Shown in pieces: positions 12,001-25,789 of a stretch of 64,000 nucleotides of DNA (position 1 is the stretch's first letter; every line of letters starts with the position of its first letter). Under the pieces are notes generated by a model. That model did no database searches and had not been told where the DNA came from. It saw only the letters and a program-made list of their open reading frames with translations. The position numbers and the translations under genes were made by a program. Source of the stretch: Eledone cirrhosa (Eukaryota); assembly GCA_964016885.1 (NCBI GenBank), contig OZ024740.1, positions 312,728,001 through 312,792,000 of the forward strand, read 5' to 3'.

Positions 12001-15000
12001 TTAGTGTCCTAAAAAATCCTCCAAAGCCCAACAGCTTTCTATGTAGATTTATTCTCATTATTTTGAGGAATTTAAAGTTTCTGTCTCCACATTATCATAT
12101 GCTGTTAAGTACATGTAATGATTGTAACACTTTGATGTTTATCTTTCAGTATGGTAAATCTTGAATCAACTTCTTTTAACTTTTATATTTAAAGGTTGTC
12201 AACCGGAAAGAGGATGTTGCCTTTGAGGTGGACTATAAAGGCAAAATGACTGTTTTTTCAGTGTCAGAGATCCTAGAGATTTTATTTAAGAAGTTACTTG
12301 GTAAACAACATATTATTCTTACATATTTCTTTATTGTCAGATTATAGAAAGCTTTCTGCACTCCTAACACATCTTTTGTTTTTTATCTACACTATTTTAA
12401 TTGTTTATGTCTCATATTTCTACATGTAGACAGATAATCTCAAATAGAATGCTTTGCAGTATTTGTCTGGCTCTCTGAGTTCAAATTCTACTAAGGTCAA
12501 TTTTGCCTTTCATCCTTTCGAGATCAATAAACAAAGTACCAGTCTAGTACTGGAATCAACTCTCTCTCTTAATCTTTCTTTGGAACAAATCTACTATGTT
12601 CAGACCTGGAGAGGGAAGTGCTCCGCCAGGCTTAAAAAAGTGCTTGAGACATGCCGTATGCCACTATGGCATCCCTTAGTTACGGGACTATCGCATCACA
12701 CAACTCTCCTAATAATAAACCTCAGTGTGTTAACCTTTTCATAGATGACGACTGCTAACAATATTATTAGTTATTACTTATAGTTATTCTAATAGTAAGT
12801 CTAATATCATTTTAGTGGATATAGCTTTGGTAAAACTACCATTCCTCATTATCTGTTTATATTTTAATGATTTTTCCTGTTGTATCTGACAGAGATTGGA
12901 CAGAGCAAAGCTGGTAAAGGTTGTTTTGATGCTGTACTTGCTGTACCAGTTAACTTCACAACAGACCAAGAAAATCTACTCCGGTAAGAAAAATGTAAAC
13001 TTTTTCATATGTTTTGTCAAAGTATATCTTACATACAGTTAGCTGTGAGCTGCCCTTTTCTTAGCATTACAACAAGGAAAGTTAAAAGAAATTTGGCAGT
13101 CTTTGACTATGAATATCATCATTATCATCGTTTTTACATTGACTTTTCCGTGTTGGCTTGGGTTGGATAGGACTCTTTGAGGCAATGTTTTACAGCTGGA
13201 TGCCCTTCTGATACTATTTTAGTTGATTCTGACTGATTAAGCAGGGCATAAATTATCCATAGCAGTAGGATGTAAATTTACAAATTCAAAGCAGTAGTCA
13301 GATATCTATTGCATTATCAAAAGCACCCGTTAAATGTTGGTGACATGACAAAAGGTGCCCAGTTCACAGTTAAGAGGTTGTTTTGATGTCATGATAAAAA
13401 GCACACACTCCATACTGTAAATGTGGTTGGCATTAGGAAGGGCATCCAGCTGTAGAAATCAAGCCAGAAATGGTTCTGTATGAGCATGACATGGTCATCT
13501 GATCTGACTTGTCTCACAACAGGACAACTTGTTAAACCCATGCTAGCATGGGGAAATGGATGTTAAACAGAGTTGATGATGATGATATTATTTTGTTATC
13601 AGATATCTGATGATGTACTTTTTCATTTCTTGAGTAGGTTTCATCATCATTATCATCATTATTTTAATGTCCACATTTTCATGCTGGCCTGGCTTTGTTT
13701 GGTCTACAAATGGCCTCTTTTTATGCAACTCAATCTCTAGGCTTCTTATTTTTGAAGCCTAGTGTTCTTGAGTCTATTCCAGGACTGTCTTTATCTTTTA
13801 CCATCAACACACAACACCTGGTATTCATCATCTATTTGCATTACATGTCCAACTTTTTGTTCACACAGTTGCATGTTAACTAATGTCTTTAAAACTATCT
13901 TTTAATTTAACAAGGCGGTGAATTGGCAGAATCTTTAGAATGTCGGATAGAATAGTTTGTGGTATTCATTTTGGCTCTCTGAGTTCAAATCCCGCTGTAG
14001 TCAACTTTGCCTTTCATCCATTCAAGGTCCATAAAAATAGTACTAATCAAGTACTGGGGTAGATTCTTCTTCTATATCTCTTTCTCACTTCTTCTCTCTC
14101 TATATCCTGGCTCTGCCAGGTTTAAAAATGCCCTAGAAACGCTGTATGTGAATACAGCCGGAGACGGCTGGTTTATATGCTAAAGGGTTAAGTCTACTTT
14201 GATTTCAAATAACGTCTAAGTGTTTTTTTTTTTTATTTCTGCTTTATTTACAGACAGATTGCTACAAAAGTTGGTTTCCAAGTTCTGCGAATAATCCATG
14301 AACCTGCTGCTGCTGCTTTAGCTTATGATGTGCAGCAAGATGAATCATGCACTCCGGGGTTGGTGAAGAATTTCTTTGAATTCTACATGAGTTGCATTAC
14401 CTTATAAACTTTGCTGTGTGAAAATTACACAAATATCATGGCACATGTGTTGGTGTGTGACTGTATGCATGTTCAAGGGTCGGCTGAAAAGTTCATAGTC
14501 TGGCTACGAAGGAGTGATGCTAGAACTGTGAAATCTTGCATGTGTTAATTTCAACTCTTCTTATTAATAACTGCATTGTTTCTTTCCAACGATTATGTTG
14601 AAAAATAAACCTCATTTAGTAATTCCATGAGAGCATTGTGGTCAGCCTTTGAACTTTTCAGCTGACCCTCATATATATGTTTTGTGTATGAGCATGGTTT
14701 TCATAGATACATTTTGAATATTGTTTTACTGTATTGTAGGTATGTACTAGTATTTCGGCTTGGTGGTGTATCCTGTGATGTAACATTGATCAAGTTATGT
14801 GGAGGGATCTATTCTATTGTAGCAGGGGTCTCGGATTATAACCTGGGTGGAGATAACTTTACTGAGGTCCTCTTGCAACATCTTCAAGGGGAATTTAAAA
14901 GGTAAACATTTTAACATTTTTAAATATTGCTATATTTTTCCCTTGTCATGCATGACTACTGCCATGTTGTAACTGAACTGAACATGTAATTAACATTCAA

Positions 15001-15972
15001 CTTCTGGTGACTTCTTCAAGAGCAGTTATATTTAGCACTGCAATACCCAGCCCACACTGTAAAGTAGTCATGTAGGTGCCATGATAAAAAGCATCCTGTA
15101 CACACTGTAAAGTGGTGATGTAGGTGTCACGACAAAAAGCACCCTGTACATACTGTAAAGTGGTTGTGTAGGTGTCATGATAAAATGCACCCAGTGCTCA
15201 CTATAAAGTAATCGTGTGTAGATGTCACAACAAAACACACCCTGTAAATACTGTAAAGTGGTTGTGTAGGTGTCATGATAAAATGCACCCAGTCCACACT
15301 GTAAATGTGGTTGGTGATAGAAATCAGCCATAGAAATCAAGCCAAAATCAGTTCTATATGAACAAGACATGGTCATCTGATCTGGCTTGTCACACAACAA
15401 GACAACTCATCTAACCCATTTTAGTGTTTACAAATGGACATTAAACAGTGATTATGATGACATCAATGAAACACTTGTCAAGTTTATGATGTTACTCATG
15501 CTTCTTGGTCTTGAGTGCAATGCTGGTAACAGGATGGGATTCTTAAGGTTTTTTTTTTTTTTTTTTGCCATATAAAGTTAATAACAAAGAGTCACTTTAA
15601 TTTTTCTAACCTTGACACACAAAGATCGATAAAGAAAAGATAGAATTGACTTGATAAAATTGAAAGACATTAGTGTTGTTTGAATAGTATGGCTATCTCT
15701 ATAATTGACTGGCTCATAATAGATGTTCCAAGGAATCATTCCAAAAATACTCTTTTTCTCTCCACTCTTTCCAGATTGAACCCCTGAGTATAAAAAATAA
15801 AGTTAATGAATGTTGTACATAATTCATGAATAGATTATAATTGACAGTAGTTGTAGGTTTGGCTGGAAATGGTAATAAAACCCCAAATGAATAAAATAAA
15901 ATTTATTTATACTAAATGAGAGTGACGTTGTCTTCTCTCTCTTTCTGTCACACACACACACACACTCTCTCT

Positions 15973-16014
<42 letters not shown>

Positions 16015-19000
16015 GTACAGCTCTCGCTTGGTGCTCCCCCGCTCTCTCTATAGATGGGGGCGATGTCATAACTTTCTGTCCATCTCTTTCTGTTACTTCG
16101 AAAACACACAATGTTCCCTTTTCACTATCAAGTACAGTAGTCAATTTAATTGATTTAATCCTCCACCTCAGATTGCTGGCCTTGTGCTTAAATTAGAAAC
16201 CGTCATTAATTGTGTTCTATGTTCAATTCCCACTCAGATCCACTTTTTGTAGTTGATATCATCATCACCATTTAACGTCCATTTTTCCATGCTAACAAGT
16301 ACTGGGTTTGATAGAATTGACTATTCTTTAGAAGGCAGTGTCCCAGCATGGCCACTGACTGAAACTAGTAAGAAAAAAGCTGGATTGTTGGATACCCAGT
16401 TAGTATTGGTATCTAGCAGCTCTGCTTTTGCTAAAGTCACCTTCAGTAAACTCTATACTGAACAGATATTAAAGCTCTCTTAGTTAATTTTAAGAGGTAA
16501 GAAACTCTCTGGATAGCTGGTCAACAGGGTCTTCAGCGAAGAAACCCCCACTAAATTTGAGACCTTCATAACAGTCCGTTCTTGCAACACCTATCTTTAC
16601 TCTTTATAGTAGTTGATGAGAATATAACTGCACCAGTTTTGGTGGATTGTGCTTTCTCAGACTATCTAATTAGCTAAATAATTAGTAAATGACCTAACTA
16701 GGTAATTACTAAATGACCTACATGACAGTCAACTAATTTCTGGCTTAATTCCAATCTTAGTATTCAACAGCTGTTGTTATTGTCCATAATGATGATGATA
16801 TATGGGATTATTAGGAGAATATCTTGTTTAAAATTCAATTTATATTTCTTAGGCAGTGCCGGCATGATATCAGTGATAACAATCGGTCAATTGCAAAGTT
16901 GCAGCGAGGTGCAGAGATGTGCAAACATGCCTTATCAACTGTCAGTAACTCTCATTGTTCTGTTGATTCACTCTATGATGGTATGGACTTCTCAACTTCG
17001 GTCTCACGGTAAGTTCACACCAACATTGAAATAGTGTTTTCCTTCTTTTATTTTAATCATTGTTTTTTTGTTAATGTCAGTATAGATGAGTTAATTCTAA
17101 AAATACCTTGTCTTTCTTACTTAGTTATTTAAATATGAGGTAGTACTCGTTTTTCAGCACTGGTATGTGTGTGTGTTCTAAATGTACAGGCTCACCAGGT
17201 CAATGCTTATCCCGGTTTACATGGTATTAAGCAACTGAAGGTATATAACTAACCCCTGGACAGATGTTAGTCCATTGCTGGGTTAAATCCCCAGCTATTG
17301 CTGGTACTCATTTTCAGCTGAGTATACTGGAACAGCGTGAAATGAAGTGTTTTGCTTAAGAACACAACACACAACCCAGTCCATGAATTCATGGCGTTAT
17401 GATTGTAAATACAACACACTTCCCACTAGGCCATGCACCTCCAATCTATATACATATGTTTTAAATGTATCAATGTATTTCAGTATATTGTATTTTAGAG
17501 TGTTTGTTATTTTGGTCAATGTATTAGCAATTTCTTGTTTACTAAGTATGGAGTGGGTAAGAGACAACAGTAATAAAAGGATGTCCCGAGCAGCCATATA
17601 CACAAAGGAACAAGAAGGCCTTGACATTGTTGCTTGACTTGCTAGAAAGCGCTGCTAAATCTTCCTCAAATTACACCCCACTGTCTTAAATTAGATCACG
17701 TGTTTTTCCATGCCCCTAAAGCAGTTTGTTCATTAAATGTAAGAGACTGGCGGGGCTATAGTTGTTTGGCAATCAAATGGAGACAATGTAGGGCCTGAGA
17801 GGACTCTTCTGTCTGACCTAGCATGTGACAGCTTCTAAATGCTAGGGCTATGAAAAAAATGCACCGAGTACGCTCTGTAAAGTGTTTGTATCGGTGCCAT
17901 GGTAATGTTTGGGTCATGAAAAATACACTAAGTACACCCTGTAAAATGTTTGTATTGGTGCCATGATAAACTACACCCAGTCCACTTTGTAAAGTGGTTG
18001 TGCTGGTGTCATAAAAAATACACCAAGTACACCCTGTAAGGTGTTTGGCATTAGGAAGTGCATCCAACCTAATATGTAACATAACTAAGATGGGTTGTTC
18101 TGACTTATCAGGTCTCTGACAGTTACAGCATATCCAACCCATGTTACCATGGAAAATTGTAAGATGATGAATGTAATACAACAGAATATGCTCAAGTATT
18201 TAATGATGTAGAAAACAAACTGACATTGTGTTTACAATATATTATGATTGGTTTACTTAATGTTTTTCTCTGAATAGAGCCAGATTTGAAAGCCTGTGTA
18301 CATCCTTGAAAAATCGTTGTATTGCTAAGATTGAAGAAGTTCTTTGCAATGCAGACTTGCAGAAATATGATATTGAAAAGGTAGTGTATATATAAATATT
18401 GATTAATAATGATGGAAGCTGTATATCTGTTTAGCTGTGTGTACACTTATTGAAGGAAGTGTGTACACTTACTGAAGGTGTGTGTACATTTATTGAATGT
18501 GTGTGTGTACATTTGCTGAAGGTGTGTGTACAATACACTTATTGATGGAAGCGTTTAAACTTATTGAAGGTGTGTGTACAATACACTTATTGAAGGTGTG
18601 TACACAATACACTTATTGGTTGCAGTGTTTACACTTATGGCTGTGTGTACACTTATTGATGGCAGTGTGTACACTTACTGAAGGTGTGTACACAATACAC
18701 TTATTGGTTGCAGTGTTTACACTTATGGCCGTGTGTACACTTATTGATGGCAGTGTGTACACTTACTGAAGGTGTGTGTACAATACACTTATTGAAGGTG
18801 TGTGCACAATACACTTATTGAAGGCTGTGGTTCAACATTATGGGTCAAACAACCTTTAAAATAAGTGGATTTATTTTTCAATTGTTTGTATTTTATGTAT
18901 GTATGTGTGTGTGTGTGTGTGTGTATGTGTATAGTTTAATTTTTCTTTCTTTCGTTTTTTTATTAAACTATAACTTTATATATATATATACTTTGTTACC

Positions 19001-22000
19001 CAGGTCATACTTTGTGGCGGCGGTTCCAAAGTTCCATTGGTGCAGAAGATGGTATCTGAAGTTTTTCCAAATGCCCGAATCTTGAATAACATTCCACCAG
19101 ATGAAGTCATTGCTATTGGGGCAGCTAAAGAGGTGAGTCAACTAGGAAAACAACTTATTATTGTAGATAGTTAATTGTCCAAGAAAGAATGTTGTATGAC
19201 AGTTAAAGATGACCAATAAATTAAGGCCTAGTGGTAAGGGTGTTGGACTTATGATCATAACATCATGGGTTCGATTCCTGGATTGGGTTGTGTATGATGT
19301 TCTTGAGCAAAACACTTCATTTGTCATTACTACAGTATACTCAGCTGAAAATGAGTACCAGCAATAGCTGGGGGTTTAACCCTGCAATGGACTGGTGTCC
19401 TGTCCAGAGTGGAGTCTTGTACTCTCAGTTGCTTCATGCCACAGAAACCAGGATAAGTGCCGGTCTGATGAGCCTCTGTACTCGAGACAGACTTTTAAAA
19501 TAAATATGGGAGTTGCAGTGATAGAGGTACAAGTTTTAGAGATATATTATTGCATGGAAATATGATGAAAAAGTAGTCTAAACGATACATTGAACATTAA
19601 AAAAAAAGCCCCAAAACTTACATGAGAATTGTTGATGTGTTCAAAAAGGCAGATGATAAATTTGTATATCAAACTGTTTTAACTAGCACTATGGAGATTG
19701 TTATGTCTTTTATAAAGCAGAAGGGTCCTCCTAACTCTTTGTTTGGCAGGTTTTCTATGGCTGGATCCCCTCCTATCACCAACAACTAACACTCAGGAGA
19801 TTGTGTTTAACACAACTGGAGAGTTATCCTAACCCTTTGTTTAATAAGCTTTCTACTGGGTGCTCTTCCTATCACCAACTAATATCTCTAATGGATAAAG
19901 GGAACATCTACATACTCTTGAGTCTCAAATAATATTATTCAAATGATATTATTTGTTTTGAGAACAATACCTTACCATCAGTATCAGCAGCCAGTTATAG
20001 TCAGTTTTAAGAGAAAGAGATGAAAGAATTCTGGCCAGTTACGACTTGTTTAAATGCAGTAGTTATATTTTAAACTGATGTTTCTTTTGTTTTTTAATGT
20101 TTTCTAGGCCAGTATTTTGCAAGCTTTTAAAAATAAACTAATTCCTGAGAGTGAACATCAAAACAAAGTGAAGATTCTGTCTCAAGCTATTGGAGTAAAA
20201 GTAAGTTTTGATACATGGTTGGTTTTTGTAGAAGTCTGACATTTAGTGTAGAATTGATGGAGTAATAGAGGGGAAGGAAGAGGTGGAGTAAAGGAAGGGG
20301 GAGGGAAGAGGTGGAGTATAGAAGGGGAAGGGGTGAAGTAAAAGAAGGAAGGGGAAGGGTGAAGTAATTTAGAGATGCTATAAAATAGCCAATAAAATAG
20401 GGCGAAGACACTTCTGGGAAATATGGGGTTCAATTCCTCATAGCGGTTGATGGTAACTTCTTTTTTCATCTTTTAAGGGTCTTCACCCTATTATATAGCA
20501 TCTCTGCACATGAGCACGTCATTCTTTATATAATTGGTATCATTTTTATTGAAATGTTTTTCAGGTTCGAGAGAATCGAGACAAAAATACTTATAAAGAT
20601 TTCCAAACTGTGTTTAGCAAATCTACTCCTATTCCCTCTCATCAGAAATTTGTCTTCTCAGCCTCATCTCTAGAAAGTGCATTCTTTCTTGATGTACTGG
20701 AATTGGAAGATTGTTCCGAGGGAGAAGAGGCTGAGAAAAATAATGATAAACTTCTTGCATCGGTAAGTAACTTAGTTTGCATCTTTTGTTGATTTTTGAA
20801 CATGTTGGTACATATTTACTTGTCTGTTGTAGTGAGAGATTTCACTATTAAAACCCCCTGCCACATTTAATTTGAAGGGCTAAACACAGGATTTAATTCA
20901 CTCAACCCATTTAATGTACATTTTTCATGCCTTAACCCTAACCTATGACATATGTTGTAATTTGTAGCATTATTTATAAAATATTACGTTTATATATATA
21001 TATATTTGCCATTGAAATGTAATTGATATTAGTAACTTTCTGTTTGAATACAAAATAAAAGAGGAAGAGATGTAAATAAATTAATGGCACCCATAGTTTA
21101 CTTCTGGAATGCAAGACATTGATAGGAACACTGCTTTCTCTATATTGAACATGGCTACCCCTCTCAATACACCAGAGTTCTGACTTCTTTTTTTAAATTA
21201 ACACCTTAGTTTACTTTAAGGCTACTTTGCTTCCATGTTTACAATTACTTTAATTCTGCCAGATTCAGCTATGAGAGTTAGGTCATGGGTATATTGAAGT
21301 TGGTATAGGTAACCAGTTTTAAACTAGAGGTATACTGAAGTTGGTATAGGTAGCCAGTTTTAAACTAGAGGTATACTGAAGTTGGTATAGGTAGCCAGTT
21401 TTAAACTAGAGGTATATTGAAGTTGGTATAAGTAGCCAGTTTTAAACTAGAGGTATACAGAAGTTGGTATAGGTAGCCAGTTTTAAACTAGAGGTATATT
21501 GAAGTTGGTATAAGTAGCCAGTTTTAAACTAGAGGTATACAGAAGTTGGTATAGGTAGCCAGTTTTAAACTAGAGGTATATTGAAGTTGGTATAAGTAGC
21601 CAGTTTTAAACTAGAGGTATACAGAAGTTGGTATAAGTAGCCAGTTTTAAACTAGAGGTATATTGAAGTTGGTATAAGTAGCCAGTTTTAAACTAGAGGT
21701 ATACAGAAGTTGGTATAGGTAGCCAGTTTTAAACCTGAGGTATATTGAAGTTGGTATAAGTAGCCAGTTTTAAACTAGAGGTATACAGAAGTTGGTATAG
21801 GTAGCCAGTTTTAAACTAGAGGTATACAGAAGTTGGTATAGGTAGCCAGTTTTAAACTAGAGGTATACAGAAGTTGGTATAGGTAGCCAGTTTTAAACTA
21901 GAGGTATACTGAAGTTGGTATAGGTAGCCAGTTTTAAACTAGAGGTATACTGAAGTTGGTATAGGTAGCCAGTTTTAAACTAGAGGTATACTGAAGTTGG

Positions 22001-22600
22001 TATAGGTAGCCAGTTTTAAACTAGAGGTATATTGAAGTTGGTATAAGTAGCCAGTTTTAAACTAGAGGTATACAGAAGTTGGTATAAGTAGCCAGTTTTA
22101 AACTAGAGGTATACAGAAGTTGGTATAGGTAGCCAGTTTTAAACTAGAAGGGACTGAGGACCTAGCCATAATGGATACCTACTGCCATGTTAAAGTCCTC
22201 ACTTAACTTGTTGCTATTATTTACTGTGAATTTACGGTAAATTGGCAACATCGGTAGAGTGTTGGACAACATGCTTTGTGGCATAGTTATGGCACTTTAC
22301 ATTCTGAGTTCAAATCCCACCAAGGTTAGCTTTCCCTTTCATCCTTATGGGGTCAATAAAAGAAAGTACCAGTAATGCACTGAGGTTGATATAATCAACT
22401 TTCCCATCCCCCCAAAATGTTGGCCTTGTGCCTAAATCAGAAGCAATTATTTACTATCATCAGTATATGGCATCTACACCTCACAAGCCATTCATCTGCA
22501 TCTCTCTCTCTATTTTATACTCCAAACTCTGTTATTCTTGATGAAAAGCAAATGCCTGATTCGTTGACTATTTAACTCTCTTTCTTGTATTCTTGATATA

Positions 22601-22680
<80 letters not shown>

Positions 22681-25107
22681 GATATTCATCTTTCCAATGT
22701 AGGTTGTTATGAAAAATATTGCTCAAGAAGCTCCTATTTCAACGTCTTTTGTCTTAACAAGGTAATTACAAATTTTGTTTTATTCTTTGTCCACTTATTC
22801 TTGAGAGGGTCGTGGGGGCAGTCCTCAAACACTTTTCCAGCGGGTCCTGTCAGAAGCAACAATTTCTAACTGATCCAGCTGGATCCCCAAGTGAGACCAG
22901 CCAAGCTCATGGATGTTATCCAATCATCTTGATCGGGGTCTACCACTGGGTCTCCTGCCTGTAAAATCTGTCCAGTGATTCTTTCCTGAGACATTCTAAC
23001 CACATGCCCATAGTATTGGAGCTGTGATCTCTCAATTCGGAGAAGTAGTGGCTCTACCTGGAGTGATTCTCTGATCTCCGAGCTATGCAATTTATTGAGT
23101 AACGTTACTCAGAAGACCCTTCGGAGGAATCTCATTTCATCTGCTTGTATTTTAAATTCTCAACTTTAATATATCTACCTAGTATAAGGTAATGTTAGAA
23201 GTATTATTGTTGCTTAGTACCAAGCCAACTACGATAGAGCAGGTGTGTTGATTTAAAAGCATTCCAGCTGTGGTTATCCCATCTTTTTAGGGATACATTT
23301 AACTACATTGTCTAATGTTTCATTTCCTAAGCTGTTATTTCTAGCAGGTGAAGTGACATGTAGGCAACCTCAATGGCTTGAGTTACCAATATTGTAACCT
23401 TCATGTGTAAGAAAATGTGTTTTTTACTCTGTATACTTGGTACAACACTATACAGATGAACTGAGTACATTATGAAGGACCCATTTATAAAAATGGTATT
23501 CATTATCCATGGCTTATCGTAATTGCTGGTCCTATTGGATGTATTAAAAAAAAACAACATAAAAAATCTTCCTTGCATCCAATATGCCTATATCACCAAT
23601 GGGAGGGCAAATGGAGGGTGAGGACAATCGTGGTTAAAAAATTTAGTTTGGATTACTATTAATATTACTAATACAGTAATAATACAATTTATAAAAGCAA
23701 AATGATGTTGAACTTATGAGTTTCTGAAAAATCAATGAAATAATTTTTCTCAAAATATCCTTGTAAAACTAGGGGGTGTCTTATACGAAGGGGCGTTGAT
23801 TGGCTGGCAAATATGATAATTAGGGAGGGTAAGGGTGGAGTGTATTGAATTTGAGGTGCTTTCACCATAGACTGAAACTCGGGTTACCATTTGAGACATG
23901 TTTGTATAATAGGTGAAGAATGCTGGAGTATATCTCAAACATTCCAGGAATGTTGATCTATCTATGGTTTTACACACGATGGGAGTTGGATATGTCATAC
24001 ACAGTATCCCTTACATATATCCTATTTAATAAATTCAAGTGTTAATTAGAGGGGTTTCAGGAAGTTATCTGCCTTTTCTTGTAATGGCTCAATTGTACCA
24101 CATTCTTGCCAACTTGCCAAAAATGTTGAGAAAAATTATCAATGTGGATCACTCAACCTGCTAGAAACAGTTAAATTTTTAAAAAAATTGGTGGATTAAC
24201 CCTAAATATATACCTCTGGACTGCTCTTGAATCTTTAACAATTTAAAGGAAGGTTTAGAAGGAAATCAACAGGTATTGTTGTTTAGTCACAGGTTAGACA
24301 TGACCGAGCACACTCATGGTCAAAGGTTCTGCCATAACAATCCTGTTCGGAATAGAATATCTAGGACTACACTATCCAATGCTGTCCTTTTTTTAAAGAG
24401 TAGGATGTGAGTTAAAGATTTAGCTGCTCTTTCTAGCAGTTTTAGTGATCCACAGACAATACTTTCTTGACTTAAAATATTGTTGTCAAGAACGTAGTGC
24501 ACTCAAATTCAAAGACCCAGTCTAATAATTGTTTCTACTTTTGGCACAAGACCAGCAATTACCCAGTGCATTACTGGTACTTTATTTTATCGACCCCGTA
24601 AGGATGAAAGGCAAAGTTAACCTCGGCGGGATTTTGGTGGGAAGGGAAAGTCGATTAAATTGACGCCAGTGCATTACTGGTGCTTTTATTAACCCCGTAA
24701 GGATGAAAGGCAAAGCTAACTTTGGCAGGATTTGAACTCGGAACGTAACTCTGTACGTTCAGAAAGTATCTCTGTTGAGAAGCATGTTATCTGACGCTCT
24801 ATCGATACTGCCAATCCACTGCCTGATACTCCTATAATTGTTTCTACTATAGGCACAAGGCCAACAATTTTTGGGGAGTGGAGGGTGGGGAAAAGTCGAT
24901 TAAATTGACCGCAGTGCATTGGTACTTTATTTTATTGACCTTGTGCTAATAATAATAGTAATTTCTTTATTTGATTTGAACTTCTTTTTTCTGAATATTT
25001 ACATGTATATTTTATTTTATTTTCTCTCCAGAGACAAATTCCTAGAAGTTGTTTGCCAAGAAGAGACAACACAAAAGAAATTAACAGTCCAAATTCCTGT
25101 CAGATAA
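5743..25107 (+). CDS. HSPA14: Heat shock 70 kDa protein 14 (ribosome-associated complex subunit), 14 coding exons, 527 aa
   Basis: Exons (all GT-AG, phases consistent): 5743-5835, 9064-9144, 10325-10456, 12195-12300, 12893-12983, 14254-14358, 14740-14901, 16853-17008, 18278-18380, 19004-19132, 20108-20200, 20565-20762, 22703-22761, 25032-25107. Motifs [76 protein letters not shown] align with recalled human HSPA14. Confidence 0.95.
6400..6920 (-). mobile_element. Degraded RTE/BovB-like LINE fragment
   Basis: Minus-strand remnants KVYRA...LY.C and QFHMRCL.SIL typical of RTE-BovB C-terminal region; many stops. Confidence 0.55.
7007..7168. repeat. Tandem repeat, ~57-bp unit x3
   Basis: AAAGAGTGTAGAGCAGTCATGGGCAAACTGC...TTCTGAATGTG recurs three times. 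Confidence 0.9.
7333..7516 (-). mobile_element. Family A (Nin-like) SINE, young copy
   Basis: Near-identical reverse complement of 4673-4853. Confidence 0.85.
11337..12004. mobile_element. TTAA-type (piggyBac-like) MITE interrupted by SINE and LINE 3' fragment
   Basis: Degenerate TIRs TTAACACTTTAGCA / TGCTAAAGGCTTAG; body matches the reverse of 25446-25642; insert ~11480-11960 includes an RTE-like 3' end ([11 protein letters not shown]...DRDLWR). Confidence 0.6.
14474..14671. mobile_element. Mariner-type MITE
   Basis: TIR CAAGGGTCGGCTGAAAAGTTCA / TGAACTTTTCAGCTGACCCTCA; same family at 45305-45843 and 60406-60603. Confidence 0.8.
15050..15462 (+). mobile_element. Family B SINE 3' part with internally amplified ~44-bp unit
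   Basis: Repeated CACACTGTAAAGTGGTTGTGTAGGTGTCATGATAAAA units followed by the family B tail (GGACATTAAAC..GATGA). Confidence 0.65.
17185..17443 (-). mobile_element. Family C SINE (tRNA head, Meta-like domain)
   Basis: Reverse complement of 19225-19496. Confidence 0.75.
18430..18825. repeat. Degenerate minisatellite (GTGTACACTTATTGAAGGT-type units)
   Basis: Directly visible repeats downstream of HSPA14 exon 9. Confidence 0.9.
19225..19496 (+). mobile_element. Family C SINE (tRNA head, Meta-like domain)
   Basis: GGCCTAGTGGTAAGG A box, GGTTCGATTCC B box, then AACCCTGCAATGGACTGG...GCTTCATGCCACAGAAACC.GGATAAG resembling the recalled MetaSINE domain; other copies 59848-60120 (-) and 63655-63716. 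Confidence 0.75.
21288..22149. repeat. Homogeneous 41-bp minisatellite, ~21 copies, HSPA14 intron 12
   Basis: Unit GAGGTATA(C/T)(A/T)GAAGTTGGTATA(G/A)GTAGCCAGTTTTAAACTA, period 41, no spacers. Confidence 0.97.
22790..23165 (-). mobile_element. RTE-clade (Expander/Rex3-like) LINE 3' fragment
   Basis: [31 protein letters not shown]; same family at 33460-33880, 35320-35495, 44395-45060, 56150-56510. Confidence 0.8.
24525..24945 (-). mobile_element. Cluster of family A SINE pieces
   Basis: Repeated reverse-complement Nin-like cores. Confidence 0.8.
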
Positions 25108-25130
25108 TATTGGCAGCAAAAGATTAGACA

Positions 25131-25203
25131 AATAAACAAGAATTGGAACTCTTTAACAGCTTATCTAAAACTCAGCTATGGCTTTGAAAAAAACATAAAT
25201 AAA
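25131..25203 (+). promoter_or_regulatory. Candidate HSPA14 polyadenylation signals
   Basis: AATAAA at 25131 and ~25198 just after the stop codon. Confidence 0.5.
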
Positions 25204-25445
25204 TAATTTTTTATACTTAGACTGAATTTAAATGGCATCCAATCATATACACAGACAGTAACTCCATAGTTCTTGTAATGTGTGAGAGTGTGAGTGAGAA
25301 AAGTAGTGTGTATTCATGTACTGCACTGAACATATTGAAAGATCTCCATTCAAGAGAAATTATTCCTGTGATTTCTCATTTACAGTTAGTCTAGTCTATT
25401 CATTCAAATCATGATTGTGTCAATGATGATTCTTTAAAAACTTGT

Positions 25446-25642
25446 TTAACCCTTTAGCATTTACATTACTCTATATAATATAAACTATTGTATTTTCGCA
25501 GTAAAGGTTTTATCTCACATAATATCGAATCTACGAGATTTTGAGAACAATACCTTAACATCTGTATGAGGGGCTGGTTGGGATCAGTTTGAACAGAACG
25601 GAGGTGAGCGAATTCTGGCCGGTTTAAATGCTAAAGGGTTAA
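25446..25642. mobile_element. piggyBac-like MITE with TTAA target duplication
   Basis: TTAA-CCCTTTAGCATTT ... AAATGCTAAAGGG-TTAA perfect TIR. Confidence 0.85.
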
Positions 25643-25789
25643 AGCCATCATAAGTTAGTTAGCGAGTGAATATTATTGCAGTTATGAATCTCAATAGATG
25701 TCGATGTACTAACCACATGGTTAATAGTTCAAATAGTAGCTACTATTGTGATGAATCTATTATATATATATATAATGTATGTATATATA

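Noticed and set aside
19443-19492. Hammerhead-like words in family C SINE tail (GAAACC..CCGGTC-TGATGAG..CTCGAGAC)
   Set aside because: No stem I between GUC and CUGAUGA, GAGAC instead of GAAAC, and the motif is not preserved in other copies.
21288-22149. CRISPR-like regular array
   Set aside because: Contiguous 41-bp units with no unique spacers, no cas genes, eukaryotic intron.
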